Shown: piece by piece, positions 25,570 through 35,090 of the stretch | Numbering within the stretch: the stretch's first letter is position 1 | Layout of the letters: each line of letters starts with the position of its first letter | Sequence record: DRR723986_4829 | Strand: one strand, 5' to 3' | Length of the DNA stretch: 46,310 nt | Notes under the pieces: generated by a model | Seen by the model: the letters and a program-made list of their open reading frames with translations, nothing else | What the model was told of the DNA's origin: nothing | The model's database searches: none | Program-made: the position numbers and the translations under genes

Positions 25570-28140
25570 ATGTTGCCCGACATCACCAGCCAGTTGCCCA
25601 TAGCCGAAGTGCTGGATGAACTGCGCGGCACTCTCACTGACCGGGATGAGGTCGTGCTGGAGGCTCCGCCGGGCGCAGGTAAGACGACTATCGTTCCGCT
25701 TGCCCTGTTGGATGAACCCTGGCTGGCTGGGCGCAAGATTCTTCTGCTTGAGCCCCGGCGCATGGCTGCCCGTGCGGCGGCCTCGCGAATGGCCCAGCTG
25801 CTGGATGAATTGCCAGGCGCGACGGTGGGTTATCGGATTCGGCTCGACACCTGTGTCAGCGAGGCAACCCGCATCGAGGTGATCACCGAGGGTATTCTCG
25901 CCCGCCGACTGCAGAACGACCCGGGATTGCAGGACGTTGGCTTGGTGATTTTCGACGAATTTCACGAACGCAGTCTCGACTCCGACCTCGGCCTGGCCTT
26001 GACCCTGCAGGGTAGGGAGCTGTTCCGCGAGGACGGCCCGCTGAAAGTACTGGTCATGTCGGCAACCCTTGATGGCGGCGCAGTATCAGAAATGCTGGGG
26101 GGCGCGCCGCTGCTGCGCTCCGCCGGCCGCCAGTATCCGGTGGACGTGCACTACGGGGCTGCCTACGAGCTGCGCGAGTCGATTGTGCCCAGGGTCGTCA
26201 AGACGGTGTTGCAGGCGCTCAGGGAAACAACCGGTAGCGTGCTGGTCTTTTTGCCCGGACAGGCGGAGATTGCCCGGGCCGGTCGCGAGTTGTCGTCCGG
26301 GCTGGGCCAGGCAGGCCTCGGCGCGGTCCAGCTGGTACCGCTTTACGGCGGCTTGTCCCTGGAGCAGCAGCAGCGAGCGATCAGGCCTGCCGCCGCCGGC
26401 GCGCGCAAGGTTGTCCTGTCCACCAATATCGCCGAGACCAGCCTGACGATTGAAGGCATTGATACTGTGATCGACAGTGGCCTGGTGCGAGAGGCAGTAT
26501 TTGATCCGGCCACCGGCATGACCCGCCTCACCACCCGTCGTATCTCCCGCTCCTCGGCGGAGCAGCGCGCCGGGCGGGCAGGTCGACTTGGCCCGGGGCG
26601 CTGCTACCGCCTTTGGAGCGAGGAGCAGCAGCGCCGCCTGGTCTCCCAGGGCACGCCGGAGATTCTCCAGGCAGATCTTGCGCCGCTGGCGCTGCAGCTA
26701 CTGGCCTGGGGTGTCGATCAGCCCGAGCAGCTGCGTTGGCTCGATTTGCCACCGGCTGGACCCTTTGCCCAGGCTGTGGACGTACTGGAATCCTGTGGCG
26801 CTGCGTTCGAGGGTGCCTCCGGCCACTGGCAGTTGACGCCGCACGGGGTGCGGCTTGCCCAGTTGCCGCTGCATCCGCGCCTGGCCCATATGCTGCTGGT
26901 TGGCTGTGATATCGATGCCTCAGAAACCGCCTGCCTGCTTGCTGCAGTGTTGTCGGAACGCAATCCCATGTCGGATCGCGGGGCTGACGTCAGTATCACC
27001 GTCGCGCTACTGATGGGCGAGTTGCCCTGTCCAAAATCACTGCAGGCCTGGTTTAAGCGCACCTGGCAACAGGCGCGGCGCTACGGCAAGATCGCCGCCG
27101 CAGTGCACAAACCGCGCAAGTTCGCAGTGTCGGTGGCGCTGGATGATGTGCTGGGTGTGTTGCTGGCCAGTGCCTATCCCGACAGGATCGCCCGGGTGCG
27201 GCGCCCCGGCGACGGCAGCCAGTTCCAGCTCAGTAATGGCCGCAGCGCGGTGCTGCCGGCGGAAGACAGCCTTGCTGGCAAGGGCTGGCTGGCGGTGGCG
27301 GAACTTGGTGGTCACCAGGGAGAGTCCTCGGATCGTATCTTCTGCGCGGTGCAGCTGAACCCCGCCTGCTTCGGCGAGATTCTGTCGCCACTGGTAAGGC
27401 ACGAGGATTTCGTTGAATGGGATGACCGTCGCGGTCAGTTCATAAGCGAGCGTCGGGCGAAGGTCGGCCAGCTGACCCTGTCCACCGAACCGCTGAATGC
27501 TGTGCCGGCGGAAGCGCGAGACAAGGCCTTGCTTGGGGTGGTGCGCAATCGGGGCCTGCGCCTGCTGCCCTGGACGCCCGCGCTGGAACAGTGGCGCAGC
27601 CGGGTGATGTTATTGCGCCGCCTCGAGTCGGGCAGCGAGAGCAGGCGCTGGCCGGACCTGTCCGACGAGGGTCTGATGGGCTCACTGGACAGCTGGCTGT
27701 TACCTTACCTCGGCACAGTGCGCAGTCTGGATGATTTCAAGCAGCTGGACTTGCGCGCGATCCTGCATGCCCTGTTGCCCTGGCCGATGCCGCTCGAGCT
27801 GGAACGGCTGGCGCCCGAGCGAATCGCCGTGCCCTCCGGATCCACCGCGGCGATTGATTACAGCCAGGACCCGCCGGTGCTCGCGGTCAAGTTGCAGGAA
27901 ATGTTCGGCTGCGCTGAAACACCACGAATTGCGGACGGTCATATTGGCTTGCAACTGCACCTGCTGTCGCCGGCGCAGCGCCCGCTGCAGGTTACCCAGG
28001 ATCTTGCCAGCTTCTGGCGGGACAGTTACCTGGAGGTTCGCAAGGAAATGCGCGGCCGCTATCCCAAGCATCCGTGGCCCGAAGACCCGATGACGGCCGT
28101 GGCCACGGCGTATACCAAACGGCGCCTCGAGGCTCACTGA
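25570..28140 (+). CDS. hrpB: ATP-dependent RNA helicase HrpB
   Basis: APPGAGKTT, DEFHERS, MSATL, TNIAETSLTI, QRAGRAGR, C-terminal LLSPAQRPLQVTQDL..GRYPKHPWPEDP. Confidence 0.96.
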   Translation: MLPDITSQLPIAEVLDELRGTLTDRDEVVLEAPPGAGKTTIVPLALLDEPWLAGRKILLLEPRRMAARAAASRMAQLLDELPGATVGYRIRLDTCVSEATRIEVITEGILARRLQNDPGLQDVGLVIFDEFHERSLDSDLGLALTLQGRELFREDGPLKVLVMSATLDGGAVSEMLGGAPLLRSAGRQYPVDVHYGAAYELRESIVPRVVKTVLQALRETTGSVLVFLPGQAEIARAGRELSSGLGQAGLGAVQLVPLYGGLSLEQQQRAIRPAAAGARKVVLSTNIAETSLTIEGIDTVIDSGLVREAVFDPATGMTRLTTRRISRSSAEQRAGRAGRLGPGRCYRLWSEEQQRRLVSQGTPEILQADLAPLALQLLAWGVDQPEQLRWLDLPPAGPFAQAVDVLESCGAAFEGASGHWQLTPHGVRLAQLPLHPRLAHMLLVGCDIDASETACLLAAVLSERNPMSDRGADVSITVALLMGELPCPKSLQAWFKRTWQQARRYGKIAAAVHKPRKFAVSVALDDVLGVLLASAYPDRIARVRRPGDGSQFQLSNGRSAVLPAEDSLAGKGWLAVAELGGHQGESSDRIFCAVQLNPACFGEILSPLVRHEDFVEWDDRRGQFISERRAKVGQLTLSTEPLNAVPAEARDKALLGVVRNRGLRLLPWTPALEQWRSRVMLLRRLESGSESRRWPDLSDEGLMGSLDSWLLPYLGTVRSLDDFKQLDLRAILHALLPWPMPLELERLAPERIAVPSGSTAAIDYSQDPPVLAVKLQEMFGCAETPRIADGHIGLQLHLLSPAQRPLQVTQDLASFWRDSYLEVRKEMRGRYPKHPWPEDPMTAVATAYTKRRLEAH

Positions 28141-28164
28141 GCGCAGCGCGCACGGCAGCCGGGT

Positions 28165-28992
28165 TTAGTCTGCCAGGGCGAAGCGCTGGCGCAGGAAGCG
28201 GGCGATGCCGTCCTCGTCATGATGGCCGATGATCGCGGTGGCCGCGGCTTTTACTTCCGGCTTGGCGTTATCCGGGGCGTAGGCCTCGTCCGCGCAGGCA
28301 AACATGCTGAGGTCATTATCGCTGTCGCCGAAACAGATGACCCGGCGCATATCGAGCTCTTCCTTGAGCCGTGATACCGCATCACCCTTGCTGCCCGCAC
28401 TGTGGTGGATATCTACCCAGCACAGCTGGGCATCTTCAATCGCTACACCCATGTAGGCGACCAGGCCAGGTTCCCCGGCGACCATACTGGTGACGGATTC
28501 GATCGCTTCCCTGGGGCCCAGGGCGCTGATGTTGGTAATGTCTGCATTCCCGGGCAAGTCCGCCAGCGGCAGCACGGGCAGCCCACGATCCTTGCGAAAC
28601 ATCTCCACCAGCTTTTTTTCCGCATCGTTGAACAGCGGGGAGTGGTACACCCCGTGACGGTCACCGGGTTCCAGGGTAAACAGGAAGGGTGTTACGTCAC
28701 GGCTTATGAAGGCTTCCATGACGTGGCGCAGTTCATCCTGGGTGAGCAGGTGGCGATCGCTGTAGGCGCCGTGTGCCGGATTCCAGGTGATCACCCCGTT
28801 CTTGTAGATCTGCGGCAGTTCGAAACCGTGATCTGCGATAAGGTCGCGGGTCGCATGCAGCGTACGGCCGGTGGCCACCGTGTAGGCTATCCCGCGATCC
28901 CTGAGCATGCGCAGGGTGTCGCGGGTGTAATCAGAAATACTGGCACTGCGGTTGAGCAGGGTGCCATCAAGATCAAAGACGATCAGTTCCAC
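28165..28992 (-). CDS. Cof-type HAD-IIB hydrolase
   Basis: FDLDGTLL, ATGR, SKGDA, FGDSDNDLSMF. Confidence 0.92.
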   Translation of the reverse strand: MELIVFDLDGTLLNRSASISDYTRDTLRMLRDRGIAYTVATGRTLHATRDLIADHGFELPQIYKNGVITWNPAHGAYSDRHLLTQDELRHVMEAFISRDVTPFLFTLEPGDRHGVYHSPLFNDAEKKLVEMFRKDRGLPVLPLADLPGNADITNISALGPREAIESVTSMVAGEPGLVAYMGVAIEDAQLCWVDIHHSAGSKGDAVSRLKEELDMRRVICFGDSDNDLSMFACADEAYAPDNAKPEVKAAATAIIGHHDEDGIARFLRQRFALAD

Positions 28993-29028
28993 AACATCGG
29001 CCCGTTCATTGGAGAGCGGGTGAGGATA

Positions 29029-29631
29029 TCAGTGAACCCGGGTCCCCGCGAGATCGGCGACCAGCGACTGGCGCACCGGCTCATCGATTGGACCGGTGGC
29101 TATGGTGTACGCCGGATGCTCTATTCCCGCGCTGATTGGCTCGCCGTTATGCGCGGCGCTGATTGCCTCCGGGCTGAGCTCGAAGCGGAGAAAGTGAACG
29201 GATGAGGTCTTGGTATCGTTTTCACGCTCCATGTCCTCGTCTGCGATCGGGTAGATGCGGGGACAGTCGCCAACCTGCAGCCAGACCTTGTCTTCGATGC
29301 CCAGCATCTCGGTCAGCCGCTGGGCGCGCTCGGCAGGGTCCGCGTACTCGATCATGAAAGTCGCTTTCCAGTTGTGACCGTCGGGGATCAGCGGGTTGTA
29401 GGCGTCCAGTTCCTCGGCAATGCCGTCCGCCTCAAAGACTTTTTCGATCCGCAGCATTTCCTGGATCTGGTACTTGATCGTCAGGGCGTCTTCAAAATAC
29501 AGGCGGGCATGCTCGCCCAGCGCCAGCTGACGGGTCTTCTTGTGCGCCATGACCCTGGCGCGGAACTCGGGACGCTCCTGTGCATATTCTTCCAGCGACC
29601 ACAGGTCGGCGCGTGACAGGCTGGGCATCAT
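29029..29631 (-). CDS. DUF3501 family protein
   Basis: YQIQEMLRIE, ELDAYNPLIP, ATFMIE, KTSSVHFLRF; third gene of the rubrerythrin cassette. Confidence 0.9.
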   Translation of the reverse strand: MMPSLSRADLWSLEEYAQERPEFRARVMAHKKTRQLALGEHARLYFEDALTIKYQIQEMLRIEKVFEADGIAEELDAYNPLIPDGHNWKATFMIEYADPAERAQRLTEMLGIEDKVWLQVGDCPRIYPIADEDMERENDTKTSSVHFLRFELSPEAISAAHNGEPISAGIEHPAYTIATGPIDEPVRQSLVADLAGTRVH

Positions 29632-29654
29632 ATCAACTCCTCATTCAATGGGGT

Positions 29655-30977
29655 TTACAGGCCGTACGCCATGCGCAGCAGCGTCATGGGATGTTCGGCC
29701 TTGTCCACTTTCTCGGACAGTCTGGCGATCTGGGTGGCAGCCATAGGGCAGTCACTCATGAAATGATCCGGTTCCTGCTGGTCTACCTTGCGGGTCACCG
29801 GGCGGGCGATCTTGATTGACTTGGCGCGGGTCTCTTCCTTGATCGCGTAGGTGCCGTCGTGCCCGGAGCAGCGCTCGTGGGCGGTTACCTGCGTATCCGG
29901 GATCAGGCTGAGCACATCGCGGGTCTTGAGGCCGATATTCTGTACCCGGGTGTGGCAGGCCACCTGGTAGGCGATATCACCCATGGCCTGCGGGAATTCC
30001 GTGTTCAACTCTCCGCCCTTGTGGCGCAGCCACAGGTATTCGAAGGGGTCGTAGAACGCCGCCTGTACTTTTTTCACATCTTCGTCGTCGGGGTAGAGTA
30101 GAGGCAGTTCCTGCTTGTACATCAGTACGCAGGAGGGGATGGGCGCAATCAGGTCATAGCCTTCATCGACCAGTTTTGCCAGAACCGGGATATTGGCTTC
30201 CTTGAGTTTGTTGACGGATTCCAGGTCGCCCAGTTCGAGCTTCGGCATACCGCAGCACTTTTCCTTGGGCACGATGTCGATGTGAATGCCGTTGTGCTGG
30301 TAGACCTTGATGAAGTCCTCGCCGATCTCCGGGCTGTTGTAATTGCCATAGCAGGTCGCGTAGAGGGCGACCTTGCCGGTAGTTGCCCCGACAGCCTTCG
30401 GTTCGATGGTGGTGATCATCGGCTTGACGCGCTTGCGCAAGGTATTGCTGTGGAACCGGGGTACCGGCGCCTCGTGATGCACCCCGAAAGTCGATTCGAA
30501 CACTTTGCGGAATGTCTTGTTTTCGTTCAGAGCATTGACGGTGACGTCGACCAAGGGGATCGCTGTCATCCCGAACACGGTATCGGTGCTGGTCAGCACC
30601 CGGTCGCGGAGTCGGGCCCCTTCCTCACGGAATTTTACTGCCTTGGCTCGCAGCATGAGGTGTGGAAAATCGACGTTCCACTCATGGGGCGGGACGTAGG
30701 GACACTTGGTCATATAGCAAAGGTCGCAGAGATAGCATTGGTCCACGACCTTGTTGTAATCCGATTTGGCGACGCCATCGACTTCCATCGTGTCTGATTC
30801 ATCGACCAGGTCGAACAGGGTGGGGAAGGAGTCGCAGAGGCTGACGCAACGTCGACAGCCGTGGCAGATATCGTAGACCCGCTCCAGCTCCTGCTCGAGC
30901 GACTCCTTGTTCCAGAAGTCGTCGGACTTCCACTCAACGGGGTGGCGTGTTGGTGCTTCCAGGCTACCTTCTCTCAC
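29655..30977 (-). CDS. Rubrerythrin-associated Fe-S oxidoreductase (GlpC/HdrD-like, CCG domains)
   Basis: CHGCRRCVSLC, CYLCDLCYMTKCPYVPPH, CCGMP, ACH, CSGHDG, SDCPMA. Confidence 0.92.
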   Translation of the reverse strand: MREGSLEAPTRHPVEWKSDDFWNKESLEQELERVYDICHGCRRCVSLCDSFPTLFDLVDESDTMEVDGVAKSDYNKVVDQCYLCDLCYMTKCPYVPPHEWNVDFPHLMLRAKAVKFREEGARLRDRVLTSTDTVFGMTAIPLVDVTVNALNENKTFRKVFESTFGVHHEAPVPRFHSNTLRKRVKPMITTIEPKAVGATTGKVALYATCYGNYNSPEIGEDFIKVYQHNGIHIDIVPKEKCCGMPKLELGDLESVNKLKEANIPVLAKLVDEGYDLIAPIPSCVLMYKQELPLLYPDDEDVKKVQAAFYDPFEYLWLRHKGGELNTEFPQAMGDIAYQVACHTRVQNIGLKTRDVLSLIPDTQVTAHERCSGHDGTYAIKEETRAKSIKIARPVTRKVDQQEPDHFMSDCPMAATQIARLSEKVDKAEHPMTLLRMAYGL

Positions 30978-31024
30978 GGCAAAATCCCTCGTATTGAATC
31001 AAGGTGGTTTGGGGGGCGGGTGGT

Positions 31025-31045
31025 GGCCGGCGCAGGGCGCCGGCC
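31025..31045 (-). other. Intercistronic stem-loop between rubrerythrin and Fe-S oxidoreductase genes
   Basis: GGCCGGCGC-AGG-GCGCCGGCC perfect 9-bp stem, 8 nt after the rbr stop, no U-tract. Confidence 0.65.
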
Positions 31046-31053
31046 CAGCGAAC

Positions 31054-31473
31054 TCAGGCGTCGAGGTTGTCCAGCGCCTTCTGGAAACGGTTGGCGTGGC
31101 TACGCTCTGCCTTGGCCAGGGTTTCCATCCAGTCAGCGATTTCGTCGAAGCCTTCATCGCGTGCCGTTTTGGCCATGCCCGGGTACATATCGGTGTACTC
31201 ATGGGTTTCGCCAGCGATAGCCGCCTTCAGGTTGTCTGCCGTGCCGCCGATGGGCAGGCCGGTTGCGGGATCACCGGTTTCTTCAAGGTACTCGAGGTGA
31301 CCGTGTGCGTGGCCGGTTTCACCTTCAGCGGTGGAGCGGAACACGGCAGCGACGTCGTTGTAACCTTCCACATCGGCCTTGGCGGCGAAGTAGAGGTAAC
31401 GGCGGTTAGCCTGGGACTCGCCGGCAAAGGCATCTTTCAGGTTTTGTTCGGTTTGGCTACCTTTCAAGGACAT
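31054..31473 (-). CDS. rbr: Short (rubredoxin-less) rubrerythrin
   Basis: 139 aa from ATG 31473 (CAGGAG RBS); [41 protein letters not shown] di-iron motifs; no CxxC domain. Confidence 0.93.
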   Translation of the reverse strand: MSLKGSQTEQNLKDAFAGESQANRRYLYFAAKADVEGYNDVAAVFRSTAEGETGHAHGHLEYLEETGDPATGLPIGGTADNLKAAIAGETHEYTDMYPGMAKTARDEGFDEIADWMETLAKAERSHANRFQKALDNLDA

Positions 31474-31575
31474 GCTCAGTCTCCTGTAAACGTGAACGTA
31501 ACACCACGGCATGTGGGGTTGGTAAGACTGTAGTACACGGACTACAATCTGGCTACTGAAAAAAATTGCAGGGAC

Positions 31576-31594
31576 CCATCGGAAAAATCGATGG
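31576..31594. promoter_or_regulatory. LysR/OxyR-type operator
   Basis: CCATCG-GAAAAAT-CGATGG perfect dyad containing T-N11-A (ATCG-N7-CGAT vs OxyR ATAG-N7-CTAT), 8 nt before the oxyR ATG. Confidence 0.65.
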
Positions 31595-31602
31595 TATAGG
31601 AT

Positions 31603-32505
31603 ATGAGTAGAAGCCCGACATTAAAGCAGTTGCGTTACCTCTGTGCGGTCGCTGAACATGGCCACTTCGGCCACGCGGCACGATCCTGTCATGTGTCCCA
31701 GTCGACCCTGAGTGCCGGCGTTCTGGAATTGGAGGATGTGCTGGGAGCAGCCCTGATCGAGCGCAGTAACCGGCAGGTTATTCTCACCACGCTGGGTCTG
31801 GACGTCGTGGCCCGCAGTCAGGAAATACTGCTTCAGGTCGAGGACCTGGTGGCGTTGTGCGACGCCGCCACCGAGCCCTTCGCCGGCAAGATGCGGCTGG
31901 GGGTCATCCCTACCATCGCGCCGTTTATGCTCCCGCGCCTGCTCAAGGAGTTGCGCCGGGAACACCCGGAGTTCCAGTTGTTCATCCGCGAGGACCTCAG
32001 TGGCCACCTGGTGGACGCCCTGCATCACGGCGAGTTGGATGTGCTGCTCCTTGCGCTGCCGTTTCCGGCAGAGGGCGTGGAGACCATGTCGTTATTCGAG
32101 GACGAGTTCGTGCTGGCCAGCCCGCCTGGACACCCGCTGGCCGGTGGCGGTCAGGTGCGGACCGCGCAGTTGAAGGGGGAGGGGCTGCTGCTGCTTGAGG
32201 ATGGGCACTGCCTGCGTGATCACGCGCTGGATGCCTGCAAATTGCGTGACGCCGACGTGTCGATTCCCTATCAGGCGACCAGTCTGAACACAATCGTGCA
32301 GATGGTAGCTAATGGTATCGGGATAACGCTGCTTCCCCGGATGGCGCTGGAAGCAAACCTGTTGTCAGGAACTGACGTTACCGTGTCGGAATTTGGCGAG
32401 AAGAATATCTCGCGCGAGATAGGGTTGATGTGGCGGAAGAAAACGCCCCGGCAGGCGGAGTTCCGCCTGCTGGGAGAGTTTATCAGTCACTGTCAGAAGT
32501 TGTAG
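31603..32505 (+). CDS. oxyR: H2O2-sensing LysR regulator OxyR
   Basis: HFGHAARSCHVSQSTLS HTH, GVIPTIAPF, LLEDGHCLRDHALDAC (both redox Cys), ATSLNTIVQMV. Confidence 0.92.
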   Translation: MSRSPTLKQLRYLCAVAEHGHFGHAARSCHVSQSTLSAGVLELEDVLGAALIERSNRQVILTTLGLDVVARSQEILLQVEDLVALCDAATEPFAGKMRLGVIPTIAPFMLPRLLKELRREHPEFQLFIREDLSGHLVDALHHGELDVLLLALPFPAEGVETMSLFEDEFVLASPPGHPLAGGGQVRTAQLKGEGLLLLEDGHCLRDHALDACKLRDADVSIPYQATSLNTIVQMVANGIGITLLPRMALEANLLSGTDVTVSEFGEKNISREIGLMWRKKTPRQAEFRLLGEFISHCQKL

Positions 32506-34985
32506 CCCAGGGTCACGCCGAAGGTACGTGGCTCGAGCAGGAACTGGTTGGTTGCCAGCCCGACGTTCTGGTCGCCCAGATACTGCCCGGTGACGTGATC
32601 GTCGTCGTTCAGGTTCTTGCCCCAGACCTCAGTGAACCAGGTGCCGTCCGCGCTATACAGGGTCAGGGTGGCGTTCCACACATCCCACTCTTCAACGGTG
32701 TCATTTACCGTATTGAACACGCGGGTGTAGAACTCATCCTGCCAGTAGTAATTGCTGGCCGCTACCAGTTCCAGGCCATTGGCCATCTGCCAGGAGTAGG
32801 CAATGCCCAGGTTGACCGAGAACTCCGGTGCGTTGGGCAGTTGATTGCCGTCCAGGTTGGATTCCAGACCGCCGCAAGCGGGCGCGCCGCCGGGACAACC
32901 GGGACCGACATAGAGGTTGGCGTTGGGTGTGGTCACGATGTTCTCGGTGGTTCCCAGCAGGTTGATGTTGGCGGTGTCAATGCTGCTGCCGCCATCCATC
33001 TCGCTGTCCAGCCAGGCCAGGTTGGCACTGAAGCGCCAGCTGTCCGTCGGCACCCAGACGAATTCCCCTTCAAAACCCTGGATCGACGCATTGAAGTTCT
33101 CGTTCAGTGCGGTCTGCTGGGTAATCTTGGAGATCTGCAGATCCTCGTAGTCATAGTAGAAGTAGGTCACGTTGGCCTGCAGCGTATTGTCGAACAGGCG
33201 GGTCTTGGCGCCGACCTCGATTGAGTTGATGAACTCGGGTTCAAAGTTCGCCAGGCTCGGGTCACCGCCCAGTTCGGGGTCCAGCAACACCGAATCGGAT
33301 GAGATCGGGTTGAAGCCACCGCTCTTGAAGCTGGTGGACAGGGTCAGGTAGGTCATGACGTCATCCGAGACATCCCAGGTGACATTGAACTTGCCGGTGG
33401 GATTGTCGTCGGAGTTCTCGAAGCTGGTGTAACCGCCATCCTCGGCATTGGGGTCATCGAGAAAGGTCAGGTAAATGGTGCGCTGCTTGGATTTCTTTTC
33501 CTCGTCGGTGTAGCGCAGGCCCAGGGTCATATTGAGGTTGTCGGTCGTCTGCCAGTAGAGTTCGCCGAAGACCGCCCAGGTGTCCAGCTGGTAGCCCGTG
33601 GTGTCGTTATCGAACAGGCGCTGCTTCGGAGCAATGCCCAGTGTCGCGCCAGTGATCTCCAGGGCCCCGGAGTAGATGTAGTAGTGAACGTCGCTCTCAT
33701 AGGTCAGCCAGAAGCCGCCCAGCATGAAGTTCCAGTCGCCGTCATAATCAGAGGCCAGGCGGAATTCCTGGCTCCACTGCTCGGGCTCGGTTGTGGCTCG
33801 GTCACTGGAATAGGCGCGATCAACAGTGATAGGGCCATCGGGCCCGCGCTGTATGGTAAGTTCCACCGGCCAGGGTTCGGACGCCACCGTGAAATCGTAG
33901 TCGTTACGCGCGTCCAGGTCGGAACTGTGGTAGCCGGTCAACGAGGTCAGGGTCAGGTTGTTAAAGTCGTGGTTGATCTCGAAAGACGCCATGAGGTCAT
34001 TAACCTCGTAGGCTGGTGTGAAGTCCAGGTACTGCTTGCGCGGATTGGACGACTTTGGTGAGTTAAGGAAGTCATCCTGAGGGAAGGTCAGGCCGGTTAT
34101 CGGCGCGACCAGGGCGTTGATCAGGAAGCCGGTAACCGTTGCCGCGCTGTTCGTGCTCTGGTTGGCCAGTCCGGTGGGCAGACAGCCCAGGATGCCGTCC
34201 GGGTCGCGCAGGCATTGCTGGTTGCTGCCCCGCATCCGGTTGGAGTCTTCCTCAAAATAATTGACGACCAGGGTCGCGTCGGTGGTGTCATTGGCCCAGC
34301 GCGTGGAGGAGCGCACTGAGTACATGTCGCGACCATCAACCTCGCTGCCATTGAACTCATTGTCCACGTAGCCATCGCGATCCAGATAAAACACCGAGAA
34401 GCGTTGGGCAAGGCTGTCCGTGATCGGGATATTGAGGGCGCCTTTTACCTTCAGGTGGTTATAGTTGCCGGCCTCGACAGTGATGTCGCCGCCGAACTCA
34501 TCCTCAGGCTTGCGGGTGATCAGGTTGACGACCCCCGCTGTGGTGTTGCGGCCATAAAGTGTCCCCTGGGGTCCCCGCAGGACTTCGACCCGCTCCGCGT
34601 CATAGAACTCTGTTTCGAAGATCCTGCCGCCGTTCAGGTAGACACCGTTGAAATGCATGCCGGTACCGCTGTCGGTGGCGGAGCCCACGCCAAGGTTGCC
34701 GATTCCCCGGATGGAAATCTGGGCAGTGGTAAAGTTGCCCTTGCTCATCAGCATATTGGGCACGTTGAACTGCATGTCCAGGGGTTTGCTGATCAGTGCG
34801 CGGTCGAGTTCCTCGCCGCTGAAGGCGGTCACTGCGATCGGCGTATCCTGTACCGTGGTCGCGCGCTTTTCCGCCGTGACAATAATCTCCTCGAGCATGC
34901 CGGCCTGGCCAAAAGCGCCCTGGCTGGCAATGGTGCTGGCAAGAAGGGTGAGGGTGAACGGCAATACCTTGCTGCTTGATTGCAT
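32493..34985 (-). CDS. TonB-dependent receptor
   Basis: Signal peptide, LEEIIVTAEKR TonB box, VEVLRGPQGTLYGRNTTAG plug motif, C-terminal PRTFGVTLGYNF. Confidence 0.96.
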   Translation of the reverse strand: MQSSSKVLPFTLTLLASTIASQGAFGQAGMLEEIIVTAEKRATTVQDTPIAVTAFSGEELDRALISKPLDMQFNVPNMLMSKGNFTTAQISIRGIGNLGVGSATDSGTGMHFNGVYLNGGRIFETEFYDAERVEVLRGPQGTLYGRNTTAGVVNLITRKPEDEFGGDITVEAGNYNHLKVKGALNIPITDSLAQRFSVFYLDRDGYVDNEFNGSEVDGRDMYSVRSSTRWANDTTDATLVVNYFEEDSNRMRGSNQQCLRDPDGILGCLPTGLANQSTNSAATVTGFLINALVAPITGLTFPQDDFLNSPKSSNPRKQYLDFTPAYEVNDLMASFEINHDFNNLTLTSLTGYHSSDLDARNDYDFTVASEPWPVELTIQRGPDGPITVDRAYSSDRATTEPEQWSQEFRLASDYDGDWNFMLGGFWLTYESDVHYYIYSGALEITGATLGIAPKQRLFDNDTTGYQLDTWAVFGELYWQTTDNLNMTLGLRYTDEEKKSKQRTIYLTFLDDPNAEDGGYTSFENSDDNPTGKFNVTWDVSDDVMTYLTLSTSFKSGGFNPISSDSVLLDPELGGDPSLANFEPEFINSIEVGAKTRLFDNTLQANVTYFYYDYEDLQISKITQQTALNENFNASIQGFEGEFVWVPTDSWRFSANLAWLDSEMDGGSSIDTANINLLGTTENIVTTPNANLYVGPGCPGGAPACGGLESNLDGNQLPNAPEFSVNLGIAYSWQMANGLELVAASNYYWQDEFYTRVFNTVNDTVEEWDVWNATLTLYSADGTWFTEVWGKNLNDDDHVTGQYLGDQNVGLATNQFLLEPRTFGVTLGYNF

Positions 34986-35090
34986 ATGCGAACTCCAGGC
35001 TAATTATGATTATGTTGCTGGTGGTTCGAAATTAGCAGAAACGCCAAAGGCGGTAAAGCGGTTGATCAGGCGCGGCTGGCCGCGTCGGTA

